This document shows, one piece after another, positions 9,027-21,511 of a DNA stretch of 64,000 nt (its first letter is position 1; each line of letters starts with the position of its first letter). A program made the translations under genes and the position numbers. The stretch comes from Escherichia coli (GTDB lineage: Bacteria > Pseudomonadota > Gammaproteobacteria > Enterobacterales > Enterobacteriaceae), in NCBI RefSeq assembly GCF_013315695.1, contig NZ_CP054353.1; one strand, given 5' to 3'. The notes under the pieces were generated by a model, which was not told the origin of the DNA, did no database searches, and was given only the letters and a program-made list of their open reading frames with translations.

Positions 9027-9524
9027 ATGAAATCATTAACCCTCTTCAATCAACCAATTCGTATCGGTGAAGATGGCATGATCTGCCTCACTGATATGTG
9101 GAAAGCCAGTGGTAAAAGTGAATCTGAATCGCCTTACCACTACCTGCGAAACAAGCAGACCAAAGAGTTCTTAGCCGAGCTGGAGAAAAACCACGAATCT
9201 GTGGTTTTTACTGAGCGCGGTGTACACGGTGGAACATATGGCGGGAAGTTTGTTGCTTACGATTATGCGGCTTGGTTAAACCCCGGGTTCAAGTACGCGG
9301 CCTATAAAGTCCTCGATGACTACTTCACCGGAGAACTTCAGCATCGCAACAGCTTAAGTGCGCAGCTCAACATGAAATGTCATGAGTTTGACCAGAAGAA
9401 AGACATGGCGAGCTTCTGCGGACAAGGGCTGGCAGCATGGCGCTATACGAAGCCAGTGTTGGTCGCTGAGATTAACTCCCTGGCTAACCAGCTGCAGATT
9501 ACGATCCCCGGGCTTCCGGGATGA
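9027..9524 (+). CDS. KilA-N domain protein
   Basis: 165-aa ORF. The N-terminal ~100 aa resemble the KilA-N DNA-binding domain (IRIGEDGMICLTDMWKASGK...GGTYGGKFVAYDYAAWLNPGF). GTAGGT lies upstream of the ATG. Confidence 0.65.
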   Translation: MKSLTLFNQPIRIGEDGMICLTDMWKASGKSESESPYHYLRNKQTKEFLAELEKNHESVVFTERGVHGGTYGGKFVAYDYAAWLNPGFKYAAYKVLDDYFTGELQHRNSLSAQLNMKCHEFDQKKDMASFCGQGLAAWRYTKPVLVAEINSLANQLQITIPGLPG

Positions 9525-9778
9525 GTGATCGTGTTATTGAATGCGCCTCCAGAGCGGGGCGCGACTTCTCAGAGTTCATGAAAGGCGAGAAGGGCATGAT
9601 GGAAGCATTGGCCTCGGTGGATGAGTTTGGCGAGCAGCTGCGCCTCAACGGCTGTGTCAATCATCACTTTGTTAGCTACATGATGCGGAACTCGATCATG
9701 CAGGCATTCATGGACATGGCAAAAGCCGAGAGGAAAGAAGAGCGCCGGCGTAAGCGAGCGGAAGCAAAAGCGAAGTAG
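9521..9778 (+). CDS. hypothetical 85-aa protein with a highly basic C terminus
   Basis: ATGA start/stop overlap with the KilA-N gene. C-terminal KAERKEERRRKRAEAKAK. No family recognised. Confidence 0.45.
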   Translation: MSDRVIECASRAGRDFSEFMKGEKGMMEALASVDEFGEQLRLNGCVNHHFVSYMMRNSIMQAFMDMAKAERKEERRRKRAEAKAK

Positions 9779-9854
9779 CCATTACAAAGCCTATCTACGG
9801 GTGGGCTTGATAATGGCTTATACCCTACACGGGATAACTTAACTGATATCCCTT

Positions 9855-10019
9855 TTAAAGGATAAAGGTATTCAAGCCTGACACATCATGCGCTGTATCG
9901 TCGCCGTGTTCCCGTATTAACAGAGACCGTAGCCCGACGGGGAACTCCTTCTGCGCGAGTGTGCGGGAATAATCAAAAACGATGCACACCGGGGTTACCG
10001 GGTACACATATTTCATCAT
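9855..10019 (-). CDS. possible 54-aa small ORF (below the ORF-track cut-off)
   Basis: Hand translation gives MMKYVYPVTPVCIVFDYSRTLAQKEFPVGLRSLLIREHGDDTAHDVSGLNTFIL*. It lies just downstream of the ybcV remnant on the same strand. No clear RBS. Confidence 0.25.
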   Translation of the reverse strand: MMKYVYPVTPVCIVFDYSRTLAQKEFPVGLRSLLIREHGDDTAHDVSGLNTFIL

Positions 10020-10064
10020 GCCAGCGAGTCCGGTTCTGGCACGGAAGAAACCGGACGTTATGAT

Positions 10065-10476
10065 TTAGTGCGGAAATATTTGTGTAGTGTTCTGAATGTT
10101 CTCAGTAAAGAGTAATGAATTATCAAAGGTATAGTAATACCTTTTGTTTTCGTGGATATTTGTAATCCATCTGAAAACCCCTGCTGTAGCAAGATTTTTC
10201 CTGTATTCGTAAAATGATAACTCTCCTGATTTGAATCCTTTTAAGGTGGCTTCTATAAGGCATTTATTTTTTTGAAAATCTTACATTTACAACCTTACCC
10301 TGTCCTTTTATTAAAACCGTATTATCGTTTTCAAGAACAAGATGAATATTCTCTGTGGCTAAATAGTAAATGTAATGTGAGACATTGTGACGTTTTAGTT
10401 CAGAATAAAACCAGTGATAGTTTAAATTATTTCGCACTTTATCGAATATTTGTTTAAAAATGGCAACCTGAGCCAT
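10065..10476 (-). pseudogene. ybcV: ybcV-like DUF1398 gene disrupted by a frameshift in an A7 run
   Basis: Track ORF 10264-10491 ([45 protein letters not shown]...) stops right after the A7 run (10267-10273). The rest (..[65 protein letters not shown]) continues in the +1 frame to 10065. Confidence 0.7.
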
Positions 10477-10533
10477 TGTAGTACCTTCCATGTGATATGA
10501 GGGGGCGTAGTCTGCACGATTATCTAGATTGCT

Positions 10534-10767
10534 TCAATCTGGTCTAACCTGTTTTCTGAGCAATTCAGTAATGTCACTCTTTTCTTTGTTTGCTTCAGGC
10601 GAAACTCTTTTTTCTGAGCACAGTCTCCGGCGGCAGGCTTCAATGACCCAGGCTGAGAAATTCCCGGACCCTTTTTGAACAAGAGCGATGTTAATTTGTT
10701 CAATCATTTGGTTAGGAAAGCGGATGTTGCGGGTTGTTGTTCTGCGGGTTCTGTTCTTCGTTGACAT
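10534..10767 (-). CDS. ylcI: DUF3950-like small protein (YlcI type)
   Basis: 77-aa ORF MSTKNRTRRTTTRNIRFPNQMIEQINIAL...SAWVIEACRRRL, recognised as the DLP12 YlcI family. It sits next to cos, as in lambda's right end. Confidence 0.65.
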   Translation of the reverse strand: MSTKNRTRRTTTRNIRFPNQMIEQINIALVQKGSGNFSAWVIEACRRRLCSEKRVSPEANKEKSDITELLRKQVRPD

Positions 10768-10934
10768 GAGGTTGCCCTGTATTCAGTGTCGCTGATTTGT
10801 ATTGTCTGAAGTTGTTTTTACGTTAAGTTGATGCAGATCAATTAATACGATACCTGCGTCATAATTGATTATTTGACGTGGTTTGATGGCGTAGATGCAC
10901 GTTGTGACATGTAGATGATAATTATTATCATTTT

Positions 10935-11140
10935 TCGGGTCCTTTCCGGCGATCCGACAGGTTACGGGGCGGCGACCTCGCGGGTTTTCGCTATTTATGA
11001 AAATTTTCCGGTTTAAGGCGTTTCCGTTCTTCTTCGTCGTAACTTAATGTTTTTATTTAAAATACCCCCTGAAAAGAAAGGAAACGACAGGTGCTGAAAG
11101 CGAGCTTTTTGGCCTCTGTCGTTTCCTTTCTCTGTTTTTG
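10935..11140 (+). other. cos site (cosQ-cosN-cosB); 12-nt cohesive-end sequence GGGCGGCGACCT at 10967-10978
   Basis: ...CCGACAGGTTACG|GGGCGGCGACCTCGCGGGTTTTCGCTATTTATGAAAATTTTCCGG... matches my memory of the joined lambda ends apart from a few substitutions and one 1-bp deletion. It lies directly upstream of Nu1. Confidence 0.85.
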
Positions 11141-11155
11141 TCCGTGGAATGAGCA

Positions 11156-11675
11156 ATGGAAGTCAACAAAAAGCAGCTGGCTGACATTTTCGGTGCGAGT
11201 ATCCGTACCATTCAGAACTGGCAGGAACAGGGAATGCCCGTTCTGCGAGGCGGTGGCAAGGGTAATGAGGTGCTTTATGACTCTGCCGCCGTCATAAAAT
11301 GGTATGCCGAAAGGGATGCTGAAATTGAGAACGAAAAGCTGCGCCGGGAGGTTGAAGAACTGCGGCAGGCCAGCGAGGCAGATCTCCAGCCAGGGACTAT
11401 TGAGTACGAACGCCACCGACTTACGCGTGCGCAGGCCGACGCACAGGAACTGAAGAATGCCAGAGACTCCGCTGAAGTGGTGGAAACCGCATTCTGTACT
11501 TTCGTGTTGTCGCGGATCGCAGGTGAAATTGCCAGTATTCTCGACGGGATCCCCCTGTCGGTGCAGCGGCGTTTTCCGGAACTGGAAAACCGACATGTTG
11601 ATTTCCTGAAACGGGATATCATCAAAGCCATGAACAAAGCAGCCGCGCTGGATGAACTGATACCGGGGTTGCTGA

Positions 11676-11701
<26 letters not shown>
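11156..11701 (+). CDS. nu1: terminase small subunit Nu1
   Basis: 181 aa MEVNKKQLADIFGASIRTIQNWQEQGMPV... (winged HTH). Lambda gpNu1 length and sequence. Confidence 0.95.
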
Positions 11702-15382
<3,681 letters not shown>

Positions 15383-15402
<20 letters not shown>

Positions 15403-16702
15403 TCTCCCGCATATTACCAGTATGGCCTTTAATGAGCCGCTGATGCTTGAACCCGCCTATGCGCGGGTTTTCTTTTGTGCGCTTGCAGGCCAGCTTGGGA
15501 TCAGCCGCCTGACGGATGCGGTATCCGGCGACAGCCTGACTGCCGGAGAGGCACCCGCGGCGCTGGCGTTATCCGTTGATGATGACGGACCACGGCAGGC
15601 CCGCAGTTATCAGGTCATGAACGGCATCGCCGTGCTGCCGGTGTCCGGCACGCTGGTCAGCCGGACGCGGGCGCTGCAGCCGTATTCGGGGATGACCGGT
15701 TACAACGGCATTATCGCCCGTCTGCAACAGGCTGCCAGCGACCCGATGGTGGACGGCATTCTGCTCGATATGGATACGCCAGGCGGGATGGTGGCAGGGG
15801 CATTTGACTGCGCTGACATCATCGCCCGTGTGCGTGACATAAAGCCGGTATGGGCGCTGGCCAATGACATGAACTGCAGCGCAGGTCAGCTGCTTGCCAG
15901 TGCCGCCTCCCGGCGTCTGGTCACGCAGACCGCCCGGACAGGCTCCATCGGCGTCATGATGGCTCACAGTAATTACGGTGCTGCGCTGGAGAAACAGGGC
16001 GTGGAAATCACGCTGATTTACAGCGGCAGCCATAAGGTGGATGGCAACCCCTACAGCCATCTTCCGGATGACGTCCGGGAGACACTGCAGTCCCGGATGG
16101 ATGCAACCCGCCGGATGTTTGCGCAGAAGGTGTCGGCATATACCGGCCTGTCCGTGCAGGCTGTGCTGGATACCGAGGCTGCAGTGTACAGCGGTCAGGA
16201 GGCCATTGATGCCGGACTGGCTGATGAACTTGTTAACAGCACCGATGCGATCACCGTCATGCGTGATGCACTGGATGCACGTAAATCCCGTCTCTCAGGA
16301 GGGCGAATGACCAAAGAGACTCAATCAACAACTGTTTCAGCCACCGCTTCGCAGGCTGACGTTACTGACGTGGTGCAAGCGACGGAGGGCGAAAACGCCA
16401 GCGCGGCGCAGCCGGACGTGAACACGCAGATCACCGCAGCGGTTGCGGCAGAAAACAGCCGCATTATGGGGATCCTCAACTGTGAGGAGGCTCACGGACG
16501 CGAAGAACAGGCGCGCGTGCTGGCAGAAACCCCCGGAATGACCGTGGAAACGGCCCGCCGCATTCTGGCCGCAGCACCACAGAGTGCACAGGCGCGCAGT
16601 GACACTGCGCTGGATCGTCTGATGCAGGGTGCACCGGCACCACTGGCTGCAGGTAACCCGGCATCTGATGCCGTTAACGATTTGCTGAACACACCAGTGT
16701 AA
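15383..16702 (+). CDS. C: head maturation protease / scaffold protein C (GTG start)
   Basis: GTG at 15383 in frame of track ORF 15248-16702 gives (V)TAELRNLPHITSMAFNEP..., 439 aa as lambda gpC. ClpP/S49-like protease fold. Confidence 0.9.
16097..16702 (+). CDS. nu3: scaffolding protein Nu3 (in-frame internal start within C)
   Basis: ATG at 16097 (..SRMDATRR..) corresponds to the lambda Nu3 start. It shares the frame and stop of C. Confidence 0.7.
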   Translation: MDATRRMFAQKVSAYTGLSVQAVLDTEAAVYSGQEAIDAGLADELVNSTDAITVMRDALDARKSRLSGGRMTKETQSTTVSATASQADVTDVVQATEGENASAAQPDVNTQITAAVAAENSRIMGILNCEEAHGREEQARVLAETPGMTVETARRILAAAPQSAQARSDTALDRLMQGAPAPLAAGNPASDAVNDLLNTPV

Positions 16703-16711
16703 GGGATGTTT

Positions 16712-17044
16712 ATGACGAGCAAAGAAACCTTTACCCATTACCAGCCGCTGGGCAACAGTGACCCGGCTCATACCGCAACCGCGCCCGGCGGATTGAGTGC
16801 GAAAGCGCCTGCAATGACTCCGCTGATGCTTGACACCGCCACCCGTAAGCTGGTTGCGTGGGATGGCACCACCGACGGTGCTGCCGTTGGCATTCTGGCT
16901 GTTGCAGCTGACCAGACCAGCACCACGCTGACGTTCTACAAGTCCGGCACGTTCCGTTATGAGGATGTGCTCTGGCCGGAGGCTGCCAGCGACGAGACGA
17001 AAAAACGGACCGCGTTTGCCGGAACGGCAATCAGCATCGTTTAA
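16712..17044 (+). CDS. D: head decoration protein D
   Basis: [27 protein letters not shown]..., 110 aa (second Met of track ORF 16706-17044). Confidence 0.9.
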   Translation: MTSKETFTHYQPLGNSDPAHTATAPGGLSAKAPAMTPLMLDTATRKLVAWDGTTDGAAVGILAVAADQTSTTLTFYKSGTFRYEDVLWPEAASDETKKRTAFAGTAISIV

Positions 17045-17061
17045 CTTTACCCTTCATCACT

Positions 17062-17086
17062 AAAGGCCGCCTGTGCGGCTTTTTTT
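17062..17086 (+). terminator. terminator-like hairpin between D and E
   Basis: GCCGC-CTGT-GCGGC stem extended by A/T pairs, followed by T7. Confidence 0.45.
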
Positions 17087-17099
17087 ACGGGATTTTTTT

Positions 17100-18125
17100 A
17101 TGTCGATGTACACAACCGCCCAGCTGCTGGCGGCAAATGAGCAGAAATTTAAGTTTGATCCGCTGTTTCTGCGTCTCTTTTTCCGTGAGAGCTATCCCTT
17201 CACCACGGAGAAAGTCTATCTCTCACAAATTCCGGGACTGGTAAACATGGCGCTGTACGTTTCGCCGATTGTTTCCGGTGAGGTTATCCGCTCCCGTGGC
17301 GGCTCCACCTCTGAATTTACACCGGGATATGTCAAGCCGAAGCATGAGGTGAATCCGCAGATGACCCTGCGTCGCCTGCCGGATGAAGATCCGCAGAATC
17401 TGGCGGACCCGGCTTACCGCCGCCGTCGCATCATCATGCAGAACATGCGTGACGAAGAGCTGGCCATTGCTCAGGTCGAAGAGATGCAGGCCGTTTCTGC
17501 CGTGCTTAAGGGCAAATACACCATGACCGGTGAAGCCTTCGATCCGGTTGAGGTGGATATGGGCCGCAGTGCGGCGAATAACATCACGCAGTCCGGCGGC
17601 ACGGAGTGGAGCAAGCGTGACAAGTCCACGTATGACCCGACCGACGATATCGAAGCCTACGCGCTGAACGCCAGCGGTGTGGTGAATATCATCGTGTTTG
17701 ATCCGAAAGGCTGGGCGCTGTTCCGTTCCTTCAAAGCCGTCAGGGAGAAGCTGGATACCCGTCGTGGCTCTCATTCCGAGCTGGAGACAGCGGTAAAAGA
17801 CCTGGGTAAAGCGGTGTCCTATAAGGGTATGTATGGCGATGTTGCCATCGTCGTGTATTCCGGACAGTACGTGGAAAACGGCGTCAAAAAGAACTTCCTG
17901 CCGGACAACACGATGGTGCTGGGGAACACTCAGGCACGCGGTCTGCGCACCTATGGTTGTATTCAGGATGCGGACGCACAGCGCGAAGGCATTAACGCCT
18001 CTGCCCGTTACCCGAAAAACTGGGTGACCACCGGCGATCCGGCACGTGAGTTCACCATGATTCAGTCAGCACCGCTGATGCTGCTGGCTGACCCTGATGA
18101 GTTCGTGTCCGTACAACTGGCGTAA
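17100..18125 (+). CDS. E: major capsid protein E
   Basis: MSMYTTAQLLAANEQKFKFDPLFLR..., 341 aa (internal Met of track ORF 17073-18125). Confidence 0.95.
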   Translation: MSMYTTAQLLAANEQKFKFDPLFLRLFFRESYPFTTEKVYLSQIPGLVNMALYVSPIVSGEVIRSRGGSTSEFTPGYVKPKHEVNPQMTLRRLPDEDPQNLADPAYRRRRIIMQNMRDEELAIAQVEEMQAVSAVLKGKYTMTGEAFDPVEVDMGRSAANNITQSGGTEWSKRDKSTYDPTDDIEAYALNASGVVNIIVFDPKGWALFRSFKAVREKLDTRRGSHSELETAVKDLGKAVSYKGMYGDVAIVVYSGQYVENGVKKNFLPDNTMVLGNTQARGLRTYGCIQDADAQREGINASARYPKNWVTTGDPAREFTMIQSAPLMLLADPDEFVSVQLA

Positions 18126-18166
18126 TCATGGCCCTTCGGGGCCATTGTCTCTCTGTGGAGAAGTCC

Positions 18167-18562
18167 ATGACGAAAGATGAACTGATTGCCCGTCTCCGCT
18201 CGCTGGGTGAACAACTGAACCGTGATGTCAGCCTGACGGGGACGAAAGAAGAACTGGCGCTCCGTGTGGCAGAGCTGGAAGAAGAGCTTGATGACACGGG
18301 CGACACTGCCGGTCAGGATACCCCTCTCAGCCCGGAAAATGTGCTGACCGGACATGAAAATGAGGTTGTATCAGCGCAGCCGGATACCGTGACTGATACG
18401 GCTGATCTGGTCACGGTTGTGGCACTGGTGACGCTGCATACTGATGCACTTCACGCCACGCGGGATGAGGCTGTGGCATTTGTGCTGCCGGGAACGGCGT
18501 TCCGTGTCTCTGCCGGTGTGGCAGCTGAAATGACAGAGCGCGGCCTGGCCAGAATGCAATAA
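18167..18562 (+). CDS. FI: DNA-packaging/head assembly protein FI
   Basis: MTKDELIARLRSLGEQLNRDVSLTG..., 131 aa (lambda gpFI is 132 as I recall). The middle region is more diverged than its neighbours. Confidence 0.85.
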   Translation: MTKDELIARLRSLGEQLNRDVSLTGTKEELALRVAELEEELDDTGDTAGQDTPLSPENVLTGHENEVVSAQPDTVTDTADLVTVVALVTLHTDALHATRDEAVAFVLPGTAFRVSAGVAAEMTERGLARMQ

Positions 18563-18573
18563 CGGGAGGCGCT

Positions 18574-18927
18574 GTGGCTGATTTCGATAACCTGTTCGAT
18601 GCTGCCATTGCCTGCGCCGATGAAACGATACGCGGGTACATGGGAACGTCAGCCACCATGACATCCGGTGAGCAGTCCGGTGCTGTGATACGTGGTGTTT
18701 TTGATGACCCTGAAAATATCAGCTATGCCGGACAGGGCGTGCGCGTTGAAGGCTCCAGCCCGTCCCTGTTTGTCCGGACTGATGATGTGCGGCAACTGCG
18801 GCGTGGAGACACGCTGACCATCGGTGAGGAAAACTTCTGGATAGATCGTGTTTCGCCGGATGATGGCGGAAGCTGTCATCTCTGGCTTGGGCGGGGCGTA
18901 CCGCCTGCCGTTAACCGTCGCCGCTGA
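18574..18927 (+). CDS. FII: head-tail connector protein FII
   Basis: 117 aa MADFDNLFDAAIACADETIRGYMG... Confidence 0.9.
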   Translation: MADFDNLFDAAIACADETIRGYMGTSATMTSGEQSGAVIRGVFDDPENISYAGQGVRVEGSSPSLFVRTDDVRQLRRGDTLTIGEENFWIDRVSPDDGGSCHLWLGRGVPPAVNRRR

Positions 18928-18938
18928 AAGGGGGATGT

Positions 18939-19517
18939 ATGGCCATAAAAGGTCTTGAGCAGGCCGTTGAAAACCTCAGCCGTATCAGCAAAACGGCGGT
19001 TCCCGGTGCCGCCGCAATGGCCATTAACCGCGTTGCGTCATCCGCGATATCGCAGTCGGCGTCACAGGTTGCCCGTGAGACAAAGGTACGCCGGAAACTG
19101 GTAAAGGAAAGGGCCAGGCTGAAAAGGGCCACGGTCAAAAATCCGCAGGCCAGAATCAAAGTTAACCGGGGGGATTTGCCCGTAATCAAGCTGGGTAATG
19201 CGCGGGTTGTCCTGTCCCGCCGCAGGCGTCGTAAAAAGGGGCAGCGTTCATCCCTGAAAGGTGGCGGCAGCGTGCTTGTGGTGGGTAACCGTCGTATTCC
19301 CGGCGCGTTTATTCAGCAACTGAAAAATGGCCGGTGGCATGTTATGCAGCGTGTGGCCGGGAAAAACCGTTACCCCATTGATGTGGTGAAAATCCCGATG
19401 GCGGTGCCGCTGACCACGGCGTTTAAACAGAATATTGAACGGATACGGCGTGAACGTCTTCCGAAAGAGCTGGGCTATGCGCTGCAGCATCAACTGAGAA
19501 TGGTAATAAAGCGATGA
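18939..19517 (+). CDS. Z: tail completion protein Z
   Basis: 192 aa, the lambda gpZ length and sequence. Confidence 0.9.
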   Translation: MAIKGLEQAVENLSRISKTAVPGAAAMAINRVASSAISQSASQVARETKVRRKLVKERARLKRATVKNPQARIKVNRGDLPVIKLGNARVVLSRRRRRKKGQRSSLKGGGSVLVVGNRRIPGAFIQQLKNGRWHVMQRVAGKNRYPIDVVKIPMAVPLTTAFKQNIERIRRERLPKELGYALQHQLRMVIKR

Positions 19518-19909
19518 AACATACTGAACTCCGTGCAGCCGTACTGGATGCACTGGAGAAGCATGACACCGGGGCGACGCTTTTTGATGGTCGCCCCGCT
19601 GTTTTTGATGAGGAAGATTTTCCGGCAATTGCCGTTTATCTCACCGGCGCTGAATACACGGGCGAAGAGCTGGACAGCGATACCTGGCAGGCGGAGCTGC
19701 ATATTGAAGTTTTCCTGCCTGCTCAGGTGCCGGATTCAGAGCTGGATTCGTGGATGGAGTCCCGGATTTATCCGGTGATGAGCGATATCCCGGCACTGTC
19801 AGATTTGATCACCAGTATGGTGGCCAGTGGCTATGACTACCGGCGCGACGATGATGCGGGCCTGTGGAGTTCAGCCGATCTGACTTATGTCATTACCTAT
19901 GAAATGTGA
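19514..19909 (+). CDS. U: tail terminator protein U
   Basis: 131 aa. ATGA overlap with Z. Confidence 0.9.
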   Translation: MKHTELRAAVLDALEKHDTGATLFDGRPAVFDEEDFPAIAVYLTGAEYTGEELDSDTWQAELHIEVFLPAQVPDSELDSWMESRIYPVMSDIPALSDLITSMVASGYDYRRDDDAGLWSSADLTYVITYEM

Positions 19910-19916
19910 GGACGCT

Positions 19917-20657
19917 ATGCCTGTACCAAATCCTGTAATGCCGGTGAAAGGTGCCGGGACCACCCTGTGGGTTTATAAGGGGAGCGGTGACCCTTATGCG
20001 AACCCGCTTTCAGACGTTGACTGGTCGCGTCTGGCAAAAGTTAAAGACCTGACGCCCGGCGAACTGACCGCTGAGTCCTATGACGACAGTTATCTCGATG
20101 ATGAGGATGCGGACTGGACTGCGACCGGGCAGGGGCAGAAATCAGCCGGAGATACCAGCTTCACGCTGGCGTGGATGCCCGGAGAGCAGGGGCAGCAGGC
20201 GCTGCTGGCGTGGTTTAATGAAGGTGATACCCGTGCCTATAAAATCCGCTTCCTGAACGGCACGGTCGATGTGTTCCGTGGCTGGGTCAGCAGCATCGGT
20301 AAGGCGGTGACGGCAAAGGAAGTGATCACCCGTACGGTGAAGGTCACCAATGTGGGTCGTCCGTCAATGGCAGAAGAACACAGTACGGTGACGGCGGCAA
20401 CCGGTATGACCGTGACGCCAGCCAGCGCTTCCGTAGTGAAAGGGAAGAGCACCACGCTGACCGTGGCCTTCCAGCCGGAAGGCGCAACCGACAAGAGCTT
20501 CCGTGCGGTGTCAGCGGATAAAACAAAAGCTACCGTGTCGGTCAGTGGTATGACCATCACCGTGAATGGCGTTGCTGCAGGTAAGGTCAACATTCCGGTC
20601 GTATCCGGTAATGGTGAGTTTGCTGCGGTTGCAGAAATTACCGTCACCGCCAGTTAA
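19917..20657 (+). CDS. V: major tail tube protein V (with C-terminal Ig-like domain)
   Basis: [30 protein letters not shown]..., 246 aa (internal Met of track ORF 19887-20657). Confidence 0.9.
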   Translation: MPVPNPVMPVKGAGTTLWVYKGSGDPYANPLSDVDWSRLAKVKDLTPGELTAESYDDSYLDDEDADWTATGQGQKSAGDTSFTLAWMPGEQGQQALLAWFNEGDTRAYKIRFLNGTVDVFRGWVSSIGKAVTAKEVITRTVKVTNVGRPSMAEEHSTVTAATGMTVTPASASVVKGKSTTLTVAFQPEGATDKSFRAVSADKTKATVSVSGMTITVNGVAAGKVNIPVVSGNGEFAAVAEITVTAS

Positions 20658-20672
20658 TCCGGAGAGTCAGCG

Positions 20673-21095
20673 ATGTTCCTGAAAACCGAATCATTTGAAC
20701 ATAACGGTGTGACCGTCACGCTTTCTGAACTGTCAGCCCTGCAGCGCATTGAGCATCTCGCCCTGATGAAACGGCAGGCAGAACAGGCGGAGTCAGACAG
20801 CAACCGGAAGTTTACTGTGGAAGACGCCATCAGAACCGGCGCGTTTCTGGTGGCGATGTCCCTGTGGCATAACCATCCGCAGAAGACGCAGATGCCGTCC
20901 ATGAATGAAGCCGTTAAACAGATTGAGCAGGAAGTGCTTACCACCTGGCCCACGGAGGCAATTTCTCATGCTGAAAACGTGGTGTACCGGCTGTCTGGTA
21001 TGTATGAGTTTGTGGTGAATAATGCCCCTGAACAGACAGAGGACGCCGGGCCCGCAGAGCCTGTTTCTGCGGGAAAGTGTTCGACGGTGAGCTGA
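20673..21095 (+). CDS. G: tail assembly chaperone G
   Basis: 140 aa, ending ...PVSAGKCSTVS*. Confidence 0.9.
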   Translation: MFLKTESFEHNGVTVTLSELSALQRIEHLALMKRQAEQAESDSNRKFTVEDAIRTGAFLVAMSLWHNHPQKTQMPSMNEAVKQIEQEVLTTWPTEAISHAENVVYRLSGMYEFVVNNAPEQTEDAGPAEPVSAGKCSTVS

Positions 21096-21511
21096 GTTTT
21101 GCCCTGAAACTGGCGCGTGAGATGGGGCGACCCGACTGGCGTGCCATGCTTGCCGGGATGTCATCCACGGAGTATGCCGACTGGCACCGCTTTTACAGTA
21201 CCCATTATTTTCATGATGTTCTGCTGGATATGCACTTTTCCGGGCTGACGTACACCGTGCTCAGCCTGTTTTTCAGCGATCCGGATATGCATCCGCTGGA
21301 TTTCAGTCTGCTGAACCGGCGCGAGGCTGACGAAGAGCCTGAAGATGATGTGCTGATGCAGAAAGCGGCAGGGCTTGCCGGAGGTGTCCGCTTTGGCCCG
21401 GACGGGAATGAAGTTATCCCCGCTTCCCCGGATGTGGCGGACATGACGGAGGATGACGTAATGCTGATGACAGTATCAGAAGGGATCGCAGGAGGAGTCC
21501 GGTATGGCTGA
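20673..21511 (+). CDS. T: tail assembly chaperone G-T fusion via programmed -1 frameshift at G GGA AAG (21071-21077)
   Basis: The slippery heptamer GGGAAAG is visible at 21071-21077. The -1 frame continues ..VFDGELSFALKLAREMGRPDW... to the stop at 21511 (track ORF 21077-21511). Confidence 0.8.

Noticed and set aside
11057-11596. 179-aa minus-strand ORF spanning cosB and Nu1
   Set aside because: It is antisense to Nu1 and runs through the cos protein-binding sites. Lambda has no such gene.
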